Shown here: positions 1 to 14,200 of the stretch, piece by piece
Layout of the letters: every line of letters starts with the position of its first letter
Position numbering within the stretch: the first letter of the stretch is position 1
Made by a program: the position numbers and the translations under genes
Origin: Guillardia theta CCMP2712
Taxonomy: Eukaryota; Protista; Cryptophyta
Direction of reading: 5' to 3'
Length of the DNA: 50,225 bases
NCBI RefSeq assembly: GCF_000315625.1
Contig: NW_005434572.1
Span: 215,389-265,613, forward strand
Notes under the pieces: generated by a model
What the model was told of the DNA's origin: nothing
Databases searched by the model: none
What the model saw: the letters and a program-made list of their open reading frames with translations, nothing else

Positions 1-179
1 GGAGAACGAGGCGAGGGAGGTAGAGGAGACTGAGGAGGAGGAGGAGGAGGAGGAGATTGATGCAGAAATAATGAGGGGCCAAAAAGGGTTGGAGCAGTCA
101 AAGGAGCCTTAAAACGAGGGAAAGCAGAGATCTTCAAGGATGAAATATATGAGAAAGGAGAAGTTCAAGGGAAAACATG

Positions 180-270
180 AGGAGCAGGAGCTGGAGCTGG
201 AGCTGGAGCTGGAGCAGGAGGAGCAGGAGCAGGAGCAGGAGGAGCAGGAGGAGCAGGAGGAGCAGGAGCT
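180..270. repeat. (GAGCAG/GAGCTG/GAG)n microsatellite in a kinase intron
   Basis: Tandem repeat visible directly. Confidence 0.9.
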
Positions 271-278
271 CTGGACCT

Positions 279-1468
279 CATGGCTCAAAACGTCTTCTCG
301 CTGGAGGAGGGTCATCAAATCGCCTCCCGGCAAAAACTGCATGACGAGGTAGCTGACAACAATCATGTGAGGGAGGGGGAGGTAAGAAGGGAAGGGAAGA
401 GAGTAGCAGCAGTAGAAGAGAGAAGAGAAGAAAGGGGAGCGGAGGGCAAGGCGGAAGAGAATGGGAAGAATCATCACAGGTATTCTTCATCGTCGAAGCT
501 ATAGAACAACTTGACCACCCAGTCGTTCTCACTTGCACTGTCGGAGCTAGTCAGTCGCTAGGAAGGAGGCAAAGGCAACACAACCTCCTCATCAGATCCC
601 GTTCAGCTCTGACATGCGCTACTTGGTCTTTCTGTCTCATCTCCTTCTTCTTCAGAATCTTGACAGCGTACAGATCTTCGTTGGCTCCTTTCCCACGGCA
701 CAGCCTCACTTCCCCGAACGCTCCTCGCCCGATGACCTGCGGCAAGATTGAGCATGGAGCACTGGACACGAATGCAAAAGAGGGAAGGAAAGGGAACAGA
801 GAACGGGGAAGGAGAGGAGAAGAGGAGGGGAAGAGATGGAGGACCAGGAGGAGAAGAGGAGGAAAACCATGGGGAGGAGGTAACAGCAATGAACACAGAG
901 GAGAAGGGGGTAAGAGCAGAAAAACCTTGATGGTTAGGAAATCATTGATAGACATTTTCTGCCGAACAATCCTCCTGTATCTGCTCTCATTCTCCCCGAA
1001 CTCCTTAATCGCATCCTCTCGCTCTTGCTGCGCATGACAACCATTACTCCTAGACCTCCTCCACTCACGTCAAACCTGCGAGCACTGCAGCTGATCGAGC
1101 TGGTTCTCAAGGTTCTTCCTCCTGTGCAACAGGGTGAGAGTCGAGTCAACAAGATTTCCAACTCTCATGTCCCCAGAGAGTCATGGGGGCGCGCATGCGA
1201 GAAGGAGGAGGAGGAGGAGGGGTGGGGGCGGGAGGCGGGAGGAGGAGGAGGAGGAGGAGGGGGGGGGGGGGTGGAGGGGGAGGGGGTGGAGGGGGAGGAG
1301 GAGGCATCCGCACGGCATATTATCATGGAGGATTTCTCACCTGGTTCTTCTCTCTTTGTCTGCTGTAGCTCGATTGGTGTAGAAGCTCTCTATCAGCAGC
1401 TTCGAAAGCCCTGCCCGCTCCACAGTCTCCCGTGAGGGACTAGAGGGTCCTGCTGCAGGGCTGCTCAT
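279..1468 (-). CDS. NDR/LATS-family (Cbk1/Orb6-like) AGC Ser/Thr kinase, 5' part; gene continues off the left edge
   Basis: Spliced exons give [33 protein letters not shown]...RKNLENQL...[25 protein letters not shown]...[27 protein letters not shown]...[31 protein letters not shown]. This is the MOB-binding N-terminal region plus kinase subdomains I-V, with GT-AG introns. Confidence 0.92.
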
Positions 1469-1732
1469 CGCATCGACCTGAGACATGCAGGTGTCAGGGC
1501 ATCAGCCAAGAGTGGTTGAGTCAGTTGAAACATTCTCTTCCCTCTCGCCAATCTGATAGTACGTTTGTTCGTTTTTGCTGTACGCACTGTTGAAGGACGA
1601 CAGCTGTCCATGGTGGCCTGCCCTCTTCCCTGGTCGTACACTCCTGTTCTCCTACTTGGTGGTGTCTTGATACTCAACTCCTTTGTCCCGATATCCTCAT
1701 TCCTCATCTACTTGCCCATTTCCTCGTAATCA

Positions 1733-2010
1733 TACCCTCGTCATTCTGATTGCTGCTTGATAGCCACGTCGTGTTTTTCGATCTTCGCGGTGATGTTGAT
1801 CTCAATCTTGTACAGCTACGTCATCACAGTACATGAAAGATGTTGGCTCTGTCTTCATTCTTAACGCTAACCCCTACGCAGCTCCTGTGGCTGTTGTGTT
1901 CTTCACAAACACTGTAGTAGGATTGAATCGTTCTCCTCCTCCTTTGCCTGCATCGTCTTCCTCTTGCTCAACTGGCTCATACTCCACTCACTGTCATCAT
2001 CATCCTACAG
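1733..2010 (-). CDS. Possible 3' exons of a small hypothetical gene
   Basis: AG/GT-bounded segments splice to VCEEHNSHRSCVGVSVKNEDRANIFH|LYKIEINITAKIEKHDVAIKQQSE*; no recognisable homology. Confidence 0.2.
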
Positions 2011-3042
2011 TGTGTCAAGCGTTCAGATCGATCCCTTGTCACTTTCCCTTTGCCTCCTCCTCCTCCTCCGTTCCCGCCATTCCACTTATGCCATGCCCAA
2101 CAAAAGCTGGGGATGCGGGCAGGATGAGGGTTGAACTCTCAGAGGTATAGGGGGTGGATCGACCTTCACGGGTGGTAGGGGTACCTGAAAAGATCTCAAA
2201 TTGAGGGTACTATTAGGTATTTGTAGGGGTACTAGCTCCAGCAGGGTGCTCGACCCCCTGGGGGGGCGGGGGTGGGTAGGGCAAGTTCGGAACTACATGA
2301 AAGGGTCCTGTTCTTGTTGACAAATTATAAGTGCATCAGTACTAAATATATAATTGTGTTGGCCTCTGCTTTATAGTAAGTAATAGATAAAACATTTTAT
2401 TAAAAACATGGTTACTATTCTTTTGGAGCAATAATACACCATTTGTACCACAGATGTTTGGACAATAAATACTTTTTAAAAAGCCGTCCGGAAGGATATT
2501 CGGGCCCGGGCCCGACTGGGCTGGTGGAACTGAGAAAATCATTTAGCTGGAGGACTTTCCCACGTCACCGAATGCGATTTCACTTTTTAGCCAGATGTCG
2601 CTTAAATAAGTGAAATATGGCTTAAAATCGCATCTTTTCATCCCTTTGCTTGCCACTTTAACCGAGTTCTCGTTAAATGATGCTGCCATGGTTGTGGGCA
2701 TTCGAGAGTAACGAGGAGGCGGGCGGGCGGGCGGGCGGGCAGAGCAGGACGATGGGCAAAGGCGACACAGAAGATGAGAGGAAGAGAAGAAGGATGAAGA
2801 AGAGGCTGTGAGAGATGGGGGAAGGATGTAAGAGACTTGCATGGTAAGCATTTTGGGCATAACAGAGCATAGCACTGGCAGAAGTCAGGCGGAGGAGAGG
2901 AGGGGGTAAGGGGATCCTATGGATTGCAGCGATTTGACATGTGCATGCTGGGAGTGACAAGGATGGTCTGGCAGAAGGACCTCCGTCCCTTCCGATGCGA
3001 TCAGAGGGCAACTGAGCAGCAGTGCGTGAGTGAAGTTATCCC

Positions 3043-5391
3043 ATGGGGAAGGGATCGGGCAACCCCTCGATCGAGATACGATTGTCGAGGTGATGGATAA
3101 CGAAAACACTTCCTCCTCCTCATCATCCCGATCTTCCTCCCCCCTTTGTTCTTCTCCTGATCCTCCTGCTCCTGTTTCCCCTGCTCCTCGTCTTGCCCCT
3201 CCTCCAACTCTTGGCTCCTCCTTCTCCTGCTCCTACTGATCCTCCTGCTCCTCCCATCCCTCATCTTCTTCTCTGCCCTCCTCTCATGGGGGGTGCAGGT
3301 ACAACAGGGTCTACCAACCCGGGGAGGTGGTAGCAGGACAGGCGATACTGACGACTGGAGGGAGCTGGTCGCACAACGGCATCCTGCTCAAGGTGGAAGG
3401 CATAGTCAACCTGCATCTAAGCGCCAATGCCGTCGGTCTGTTCGAGGCGTTCTCCAGCACCATCAAGCCCTTGCAGCTCATGGCGCTCAGCAAGGAGGTG
3501 CAGCCGGCGGGGAAGCTGGCGGAAGGGAAGATCGCCATCCCCTTCGAGTTCAAGTTGCAGCAGACGGGGACGCGGCCGCTGCTCGATACCTACCATGGCG
3601 TCTACATTTCCGTGCAGTACAACCTGACGGTCGAGATGCTCAAGAGCGGCATGTTCGGGCAGAACCTGATGGAGACAACCGAGTTCATCGTCGAAGTTCC
3701 TGTGAGCCCCAACTGATCGTTCCCTCCTGCCCCTGCCCCTGCCCCTGCCCCTGCCCCTGCCCCTGCCCCTGCCCCTGCCCCTGCCCCTGCCCCTGCCCCT
3801 GCCCCTGCCCCTGCCCCTGCCCCTGCCCCTGCTCTTCTTTGACCGCCCCGTTCTCCCCAGATTAAGGAGAACATGCCGAGCAAGAGCCCGAAAGAGTTCA
3901 CAATGTCATCTGAGAACATCAAGAAGTCGCGGGTTGTCTACTTCTCCTTCTCCTCCGCCTCCTCCTCCTCCTCCTCCTCCACCACCACCACCTCCTCCTC
4001 CTCCTCCTCCCTGCTCTGTTCCATTCCTATTTCTGCACCCTCCTTCATGCAACTTCTCTATCATCAACGCACCTTCATCTCAAACTTCTCTCTCCGCCTC
4101 GCCCCTTCCCTCCTTCATCCTCCACCACTCGAACCATCATCCTATTCCCTTCCTCATCGTCTGCAGGGTACGAGGGAGCAAGGACACACGTTCAACATCC
4201 GTTGCCGTCTTGACAGCACAACCATGCCGGTGAGATGCCCACTTGCTCGTCACCCCTTTATCCTCCCCAGTCTCCTTGACCACTTTCCTCCTGCTCCTGC
4301 CCCTTCCTTCTTCTCTTCCGCCTTCCTCCTGCTCCTCCTTCCTACCGCTCCACCACCGTCCTCCCTCCTCCTGCCCCCGGAGGGCTCCTCCTGCGCTTCT
4401 GCCGTCACGGTGGACATGCAGGTCACGCAGCCATTGAGCGGGAAGATCATGGTGGAGGAGACGAACCGTCCTGTCAAGTAGCCCCGCCTTGTCGTCTGCC
4501 AGCAAGTGACCACCTGCCTCTTCAGGAGCATCAACCTCCAGCTCATCCGCGTTGAGACGATCAACGGTTGTCCTCTCCGTCCTCTATTCGGCCCCATTCT
4601 CCCCCCCTTGCCTCCTTCTTTGAACTCCTCCGCCGCCGCCGCCACCACCACCACCACCTCCTCCTCCTCCTCCTCTGCGTCTCTTTCCTTGCTTGTTGGG
4701 GCGCTCATGGTGCAGCAGCGGGAGGCGAAGGGAGCATGAAGGAAGGTGAGGCGAACAGGCGAAGGAGCGACAATTTTCTCACTTGCTTGTCCTCAGCTTC
4801 GGAAGTTCAGAACGTTCAGTTAGGCGTCGGCAATGTGAAGACTGGGGTTGACATCCCCGTACATGTGGTAGGTATAGGGAGAGGGGAAGGGCGGGAGGGC
4901 GAGCAGGAAGGAGGAGGGGGCAGAAGGAGGAGCAGGACCTCGAAGGAGGAGAAGCAATTGAAGCTCTCTTGTAGATACTTCCTCGCTTGTTCACCTCTCC
5001 GACAATCCATCAGACCTCTTTCCAGGTAATGAAGTGTTGAGGGAGGAGGGAGTAGGAAGGACGGAGGAGAGAGGGAGGTGGAAGGGGGGGGGGGAGGGGG
5101 AGGCGAGAGGAGGGAGGGGGAGGGAGGGAGGCGACGAGGAGGGANNNNNNNNNNNNNNNNNNNNNNNNNNNNNNNNNNNNNNNNNNNNNNNNNNNNNNNN
5201 NNNNNNNNNNNNNNNNNNNNNNNNNNNNNNNNNNNNNNNNNNNNGGGGGGGGGGGGGAGCAGAGAGGGAGGGAGGAGGGGAGGAGCGAGTGACGTAGATG
5301 GCAGCTTGACTTCGAGGCGAATGTTGTCGTCGAGTTTGAGAACGACTTCTCAGTGATAGAGAACGTTCCTCTCACCTTCTACAGGCTCTGA
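3043..5391 (+). CDS. VPS26C: VPS26C/DSCR3, retriever complex subunit (arrestin fold), about 9 exons
   Basis: MGKGSGNPSIEIRLSR|YNRVYQPGEVVAG...HNGILLKVEGIVNLHLSANAVGLFEAF...IPFEF...DTYHGVYISVQY...SINLQLIRVET...SEVQNVQLG...ILPRLFTSPT...FEANVVVEF...ENVPLTFYRL*, colinear with DSCR3; one N gap lies inside an intron. Confidence 0.93.
3727..3831. repeat. (CCCCTG)n hexamer microsatellite in a VPS26C intron
   Basis: About 17 perfect copies. Confidence 0.95.
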
Positions 5392-5761
5392 TGAGGCTGG
5401 CCAACCCCTGTCCTCAGCTCTCGGGTGAGTTTTCGAATAGATTACAACCAACTTAAAGCTACAAGATAATGAAGAGAGGACCTCTAACCTCTCCTGCCGC
5501 AAGTTCCGCCCAGCAGCCATGCGGGACTTATGGGCGTCCCATCATCGCATAATACCAACATGATCCACCTGAAGCCTCTCCTGCTCTGAGCAAAAGCGAC
5601 AGGAAACAATAAACGCAAGAGCAGCCGCCCTCCTCCTCCTCCTCCTCCTTCCCCCCCCCCCCCCACTCCTCTTCCTGCTCGCCGTTGCGTCTTGGCAACA
5701 TCTCACTTTCTACATAAAGACTTTTCCCACCTGCCTAACTTCCTGTACAGAACATCCAACG

Positions 5762-7136
5762 CTAGCTTGTAGCATGCTGATCGACTCCCTGCGATCGCTT
5801 GCGACGAAACACCTGCGGGGCCGGCATACTCTCCTCTGCAGGCGCTTGTTCTTCATAGCCACTCAGGTTCGATTGAGAAGCATACGCCTGTCTGCCTCTG
5901 TTGGCAAACGACTCGCTCTCCTCCGGCTCATGCTTCGCCCCCTCGTTGTCATACATGTTTTCGGATCCCGCCAAGTTATTGAAGGAGTCGTTGGCCTGCA
6001 TCCTCGGCGAGCGCTGCCTGACTTCTCTGCTCACGATGCTTGCGTAGAACCGAGTGCCGCTGCTCTTCCCCGCTTGCATCCTGCGAGATGGAGAAATCCT
6101 CCCCCCGTCTTGCATGCTTCTGACCGGCGAACGAGAACCCTCGTTGTTGAAGGAGCGATCGTAGCTGGGCTGAGACATCCTCCTCGTTGGCGAGATCGAG
6201 CTCGACGTTCGTCGCATTGGGTGTGGCACACCATTGCCTTCGGGGTGGTGGTTCGACCAGATACCGCTACCCGACATCATCTCCCGTTGCATTACGAACG
6301 ACCCTTCTCTGTTCTGAGGAGGAATCTGATGCAACCGCAGCGGAGGGATGTTGGGCGGCTTCTGCGGCTTCTGCAGCGGCGAGCTTTGCATTCGATCAGA
6401 CCTCGTGGTGCAGCCGCTGCTGGAGGAAGGAGTTCGCTCAACTGGCTGGTGCTCCGTGTGCACAGTCAGGTTGGTCGTCGACATCCTTCGGAACGCGTTT
6501 TCCCTCTCAGCAGGAGCTAGTGAAATCCCGTCGTGCCTGTCAGGCATGAGAGGAACCGCAGACATGCGACGCAGGGGGGAGTCAGGGACCGTTCGAGTAC
6601 TGTGCTCAACCGGCTGATCGTACGCACGTCCTCTTGCACTATCGCTGCTCTTATCTGTTGAGTTGCTTGATGTCCTCTTGGCGCACAACTCCTCGAGGTT
6701 GTTGCGCACAAACTCGTCCAGCCCCTCATCTTGAAAATCTTTCAGCGCCTGCTCATATCGTCAGTGGCACAGCAGCGCATATCTGAACCGTATCACCTGC
6801 TGGTTGCGAAGCAGCTGCTTCAGGTTGCGAAGTTGCTGCAGATTCTCGTTTGCGCGCTTTTTGGTGTCAAAACTCGCTTCGCCATCAAAATCTCTTTCGC
6901 GTTCGTGGGATCGTTTCACTTTCCTCCCCCATGACAGACACGTGAAAGCACCAAAGGCTAGAAGAATCGCCAGCAGGAAGATGAGGAATTTCACCTCCAA
7001 CGCTCTTGTTTCAGCCAGAACTCGTTCTCTTACCTGAAGATCAACACATCAAGAAACGATCTCAACTCATCACAGACGCGGAGAATACCAGCTCTTCTAT
7101 ATCGGGGGTAAGAACAATCTTGCCAGAGTTTGGCAT
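5762..7136 (-). CDS. Hypothetical single-pass membrane protein with a long Ser/Arg/Pro-rich disordered tail
   Basis: MPNSGKIVLTPDIEEL|VRERVLAETRALEVKFLIFLLAILLAFGAFTCLSW (TM)...LRNQQ|ALKDFQDEGLDEFVRNNLEEL joins the 315-aa ORF in frame through two short GT-AG introns. Confidence 0.6.
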
Positions 7137-8838
7137 TCCTGTCTATGAAAACGGCAGCAAAACAGCGGTTTCACGATTCAACTGAAGCTAATGTCAGAGA
7201 TCAATCACCATGATGTGCACTCTGAACCGCTCTTGTACAAGGACCACACCGAACACCTCTCATTTCCAAAGAAACATTGGACAACAGAGATGTAGGGAGT
7301 GAGAACGGAAACATCTGCTAGCAAGTTGAATCATGGTGTTTGCAATGCGCACTGTTGAAACACGCTCAAAGCACAGCTGTGAGCCGGATGTTGTGGAGCA
7401 GCCAAGGCCCTCAAGAGCTCAGAAAACGAACAAACATGCGATGACGGGCAAGAATCAACATCAATCTCTACACATTTACAGTGCATTGCAACGATTTTTC
7501 GCCATGGCAGCGGCGGCACACTCCTCGTTCCTCCTACCTCACGTCCATGCCTCGTGCCGCCCCGCGGGGAAGCGAAGGTCACGGAAGATTCATGTACTAT
7601 CTCCTGAAAAGTTCATGGTCAGGCCTGTATAGGAACTTTTGATGCAGTTAAACTTCCTTTGTGGAATGAACTTTAGCTGAGTTGTGCAACAAAAGTTCTT
7701 ATTAGACCTCGTACTTTTGATAATCAGGCTTACATTCCCCTTACATTGGTTTTGCTATTAAATATTTGTATATGATAGGGAAACTGTATCAAATATAAAT
7801 ATATTTAAACATTATTAGATGGTAACCTGACCCCCCAAAAACATTCGGATGTCTATACCCCCTTATATACTGTGAATACGTGGGTATAATCTGGGTGGGT
7901 GTCCTGTGCAACAGGGTGAGGGTCCAGTTTTTGCACTCCCTAAAATGATAAAAAATATATAGGTGGATACGGGTACACCTACTACCCCCTCCTTCTGCCA
8001 TCCACCCCTCACGAACGACATTCTATAAATCAGTACTGGTCAAGAGGGCGGAGGAGGATGGACCCCCTCATTCCTGATTTCTCACCCCACCCCACAAACC
8101 TCCCTTAACTAAATAGAGCTGCAACTGAACTACCCCCTGGTATGGTACAATAGTGTACCCCACCCCTACCCTGTGGCACTTGACCACCCTCAAGGGCGTA
8201 GAGAACCCCTGCCCCTCCCCCCTCGCCTGCAGATACAACTCCTTTCTAAGACCTTTGTGTATATAAAACTTATATAAATAAGGTACAAATATACATTATT
8301 TTATTATTATATATATCTAGCGGGGATACGACAAGGGGGCGATACGAAGGTCATCATCTCCTCTAGCTGCTAGCAGGAGAGGGGGAGAGAAGGGGGAGGG
8401 AGAGAAGGGGGAGGAGGGGGCAGGGCAAGGAGGGGAGGGGAAGAGGAAGGGGAAGGACGAGGAAGGGGAGAGGAGGGGTGTGGGGGATCTGCAAGATAGC
8501 TAGAAACTTTATCGTGGGCTAATCCTCTACTGAATCTTGTTGAGCTACTTGGATCGGATCCCTGGCATTTTTACTATGTCGAGGTAGGCGCGTGTACAAT
8601 GATGAAACATGAAATTTCGTCTTATTGAACCCCCTTGCGCTGAAGACCCCTGAGGAAGAGTGAGGTGTGGAGGTGGAGGAGGGTACAAGCAAGTTTGAGA
8701 TGATGGAGGAGGGAGATCGGGAGGAGCATGGCAGAAAGAAACTAGGATGCAATCAGCTCAAACGTGTCTCACCGTGGAGTTCTGCTCCCCCTCCTAGGAG
8801 GTGGGACGGGGGTCTGGAAAGGGAAGGTTCATGTCAGA

Positions 8839-10648
<1,810 letters not shown>

Positions 10649-10696
10649 TTTGACATGAAAGGACGAGAGGCAGAGGAAGGCGAGGAGATGATGAGC

Positions 10697-10985
10697 TTGA
10701 CTTGATCTGACTTGACCTGACCTGACCTGACCTGACGTGACTTGAGTTGACCTGACTGACTTGACTTGACCTGACTGACTAGACTGACTTGACTTGACTT
10801 GACTTGACTTGACTTGACTGACTTGATTGGACTTGACCTGACTGGACTGGGCTGGGCTGGGCTGGACTGGACTCACTTGACTTGACCGGACTGACCTGAC
10901 CTGACCTGACTTGGTTGGACTAAACTGACTGGACTTGATTGGACTGGTTTGGACTGGACTAGACTGGACTTGACCTGACTTACAT
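10697..10985. repeat. Degenerate pentamer satellite (GACTT/GACCT/GACTG/GGACT)n
   Basis: Visible directly. Confidence 0.9.
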
Positions 10986-11164
10986 ACTGGCTGGCTGGCT
11001 AGCTGAGGAAGTAATTGGGGATAAAGTTGGAGATAGGGCAAGCAAGTGTGTATAAGAGATGTTGCATTCTCTACGTTCTCATCGAAACCCTGCTTCCGCT
11101 GCAATGACGATGCGATGTAGTGAAAGAAACTCCGACGTCCAGGGATGTAATGATCTAGTCCGAC

Positions 11165-11258
11165 GTCGAGGGATACACTGATCCACCTGTCGAGGGGTAT
11201 ACTGATCCACCTGTAGAGGGGTATACTGATCCACCTGTAGAGGGATACACTGATCCAC
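11165..11258. repeat. 24-bp minisatellite, about 4 copies (gtcgagggatacactgatccacct), just after the ZNFX1 stop
   Basis: Visible directly. Confidence 0.9.
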
Positions 11259-11269
11259 AAAACTTGTTC

Positions 11270-14200
11270 TCAAGGACCAGCATGCGACCTTGACATCGCC
11301 AACAGCTCTTCCTCCGACCTGATGACTCGGTTGGCGTCTTGCAGACGGTGATGTTCCCCCCCTACAATCGCTCCGCACTCGTAGCACTTGGCGGTCACCA
11401 TCGCTCCGCCGCAGTCTGCAATGACGTAGGGGTGACCTACCGGCAGATTAGTTCCTGCAACACCGACGACTTGTGCGTCACCGTTGGGGCAGGCGTACCA
11501 GTGCCCTCCGTTCCATCCCTCGTCCGATGGGTGGAACTGGATGGCCTTGAAGATCTGCTGGAAGTCCTGGCAGAATGTCAGTCCGACTGCCTGCCCCGAT
11601 CCTCGTCCTCGACCCCTCCCGCCTTTCCCCTGCTCCTGCTCCTCTTCCTGCCTGCTCCTCCTGCTCCTCCAGGTCCACTTCCTGCATGCTGCCCCTCGTC
11701 CTGCTCCTGCTTCTCGTCCTGCTCCTACTCATCTTCCTCGTCCTGTGGTCCTCCTCCTCCTCCTCCTCCTCCTCCTCCTCCTCCTTTACCTCCCGAGAGA
11801 CTCCTGCAGGCACACAAGTCAGCACGAGATGAGACGAAAGTGTCGGACTGACCAGTGTCGAGCTTCTGCAACACGCGCCCAGCTGCCTTGGCCACCTCTG
11901 GATCGTTTGACGTCTGCAGTGACTTTGCCTGCTGAATCAACACTTGGCGAACTTCGGACAGCATACGTGAGAGGCCTTTCAGGTTGACTTCTTTCTCATT
12001 GTAGCGCTTCATGGTCATCAGGAGCATACTGAACGAGTCAGCAAGCTGCTTCCACTCCTCTAGTTGCTCCCCAGGACGGCATGCTCTGAGGTAGGCAGCG
12101 GAAGAGTCCACGATGTTCTGAACCTCAATGATGAGATTCTTGGTCAGCTTCAACTTTCCGGCTGACATCAGTGTGCAGCAGCACATCATGGCTTGACACA
12201 CGACCTTGTGCATCATGTTGTCTGGCAGCTCCGAGCTGATCACGACGCCAAGAATGTCGAAGAAGTTGCGGATGGACACGAAGTCCCTTCGTTCGATGAG
12301 GTACAAGAGCAGGGAGTCCGTGAGCGACAAGAAGGAAGAGTATGCTTTCAGCTCCACCAGGTCTTGAAGTAGAACAAAGCTGCTGTCTTGAATCTCCTTG
12401 ACCTGTTCTGGTTTAAGGGGAATTTCAACGCCCATCGCACATCGCAGGAGCACGTTCATGGACTTTGCGCGAACCGTCGGGAGCGGTTCTACCAGTCGTT
12501 GGTGTATGGAGGAGGAGGATTTCTTCTTCATGTTTGTTGTGATGGTGTTCTTGAAGTCGTTGAGCTGCTCGTGGATCCTACAAGCTTCCTCGAAGAGCCT
12601 GGCCTTGCTCTCTCCGGACAGAGACGCTTCAAGGTTCTCGTCCTTGAAGTTCTTCAGCAGCACGTTCGTCTGGATGATGATCTTTTGCTGGCAGAGGACC
12701 GCATTCCTAGCATTCACCACCCGTCCGTACCGCCTCATCCTGTACCCGTCGTTCTTCGTCCTCCCGCATCCGAACGGGCAGAGCTTGTTGAGGAACGAGT
12801 CTTTGGTCGCCACCCCCTCCTCTTTCAGCCCCACCAGGTCGCCCTTCTCGTCCTGCACGTATGCCTTGTGCAGCTCCATGTGCGCGTCAGCGGAGCTGAT
12901 CTGGAGAGCGTGCTGCTTGCAGGGAAACAAGATGAGCGGGTCCTCGTCCAGGTTCGCCTCCTCTAGCGTCGAGAAGGTCAGCAGGTCGACCTGCAGCTTG
13001 CGGACTTTGCCGGTCGTGTCGCAGGTGGGACAGAAGCGCTCGTAAGGGCCGCATGGCTCGCCGCAGACGCTGGGGCACCGGTGGCCGCACTTGAGCTTCT
13101 TGTTGCACCTCTTGTTGCAGGGAAGGCGATCGCAGGGGGCAAAGCAGAGGAGCGAGCATGGCTTCACGTGCTCGCACGCCCAGTCGCAGCGCTCCATGCA
13201 AGGTGTACACATGGCGCCGCATGGCTTGGAGCACTTCGAGTGCTGGCACGCCAGAGTGCACTGGTCCTGACACACGGCCTCCCCGCATTTGGTGCCGTAG
13301 AAGGCATGGCAAGGAGCTCTGCAGGTGTGACCACACAGGTTCGACAACTTTTGCTCGCATCGCACGTTGCAGCTCTTGGCATGCAACGGGACAATATCCC
13401 TGTACTCGGAGCTCATGAAGTCAATGTCTTGTGCTGCACACCCCGCTCGGAGGCACTTGCCGCAAGGAGACGTGCAGCCATGGCCGCACTTCAACTGCCC
13501 GCCGCATGGCACAGGGCAGAGCAACTCTCCATCCAAGTATTGGTCAGACAGTCTGCAGGGAACTTGAACCTCGTGGCCACAGACCGGCATGGCGATGGTG
13601 ACGGTCTGAGAGCAGTACTCCTTCCTGGGGTCAGCTGTCTTCCAGCACTCGATCGAGTTGAAGTGGCCGCAATGCAGCTTGACGTCCGTGATGATCTCTG
13701 AGCAGAGGCCGCAGTCTTGGAAGCAAAGCTTCCTGCACTCGTGCTGCTTCTGACAGCCTTTCGGCCTCTTCGTGCATGGCTGGAGGCACTGGAACCCCTG
13801 ATGGCCGTCGGGGTGGCAAGCGCGAGGGCAGACGTGCCCGCAACTCAAGCGAGCCTCGCAGGGTAGCATGCAGCCTCCGTCCTGAGACAGCCTGAGAAAG
13901 TCCTGGGGGTGCTTGCAGTAACGGATGTCGTTGGGATGCTTCTGACACACGATAGGGAAGGCGTCGCCCACACAAGCTCGTTGAGAGAGGAGGCCCAAGA
14001 CTTTGGTCCACATGCGGTCGTGGAACGTGATCGTCTCTGTGTTGCCGACGAGGTACATGCCGTGTTTGGCACGAGACAGCAGGACGTTGACGCGATTCTC
14101 AACCTTCATGAAGCCAGAGACCTTCTTGGGGTTCGAACGGACGAGGCTCAGGATCATGATGTCGTTCTCCTCGCCTTGGAAGTTGTCGATGGTAGCAACT

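Noticed and set aside
5145-5244. N runs (also 18373-18472)
   Set aside because: Assembly gaps of placeholder length; frames across them are uninformative
8598-8655. Possible C/D snoRNA (ATGATGA...CTGA)
   Set aside because: Short, with no terminal stem or identifiable guide; motifs this short arise by chance
11165-11258. CRISPR-like regularly spaced repeats (also 27265-27364)
   Set aside because: Head-to-tail units with no unique spacers, no cas genes, eukaryotic context
11725-11790. ZNFX1 ending in GGGGGPQDEEDE*
   Set aside because: Read-through into a low-complexity intron; in-phase downstream exons encode the expected RZ finger
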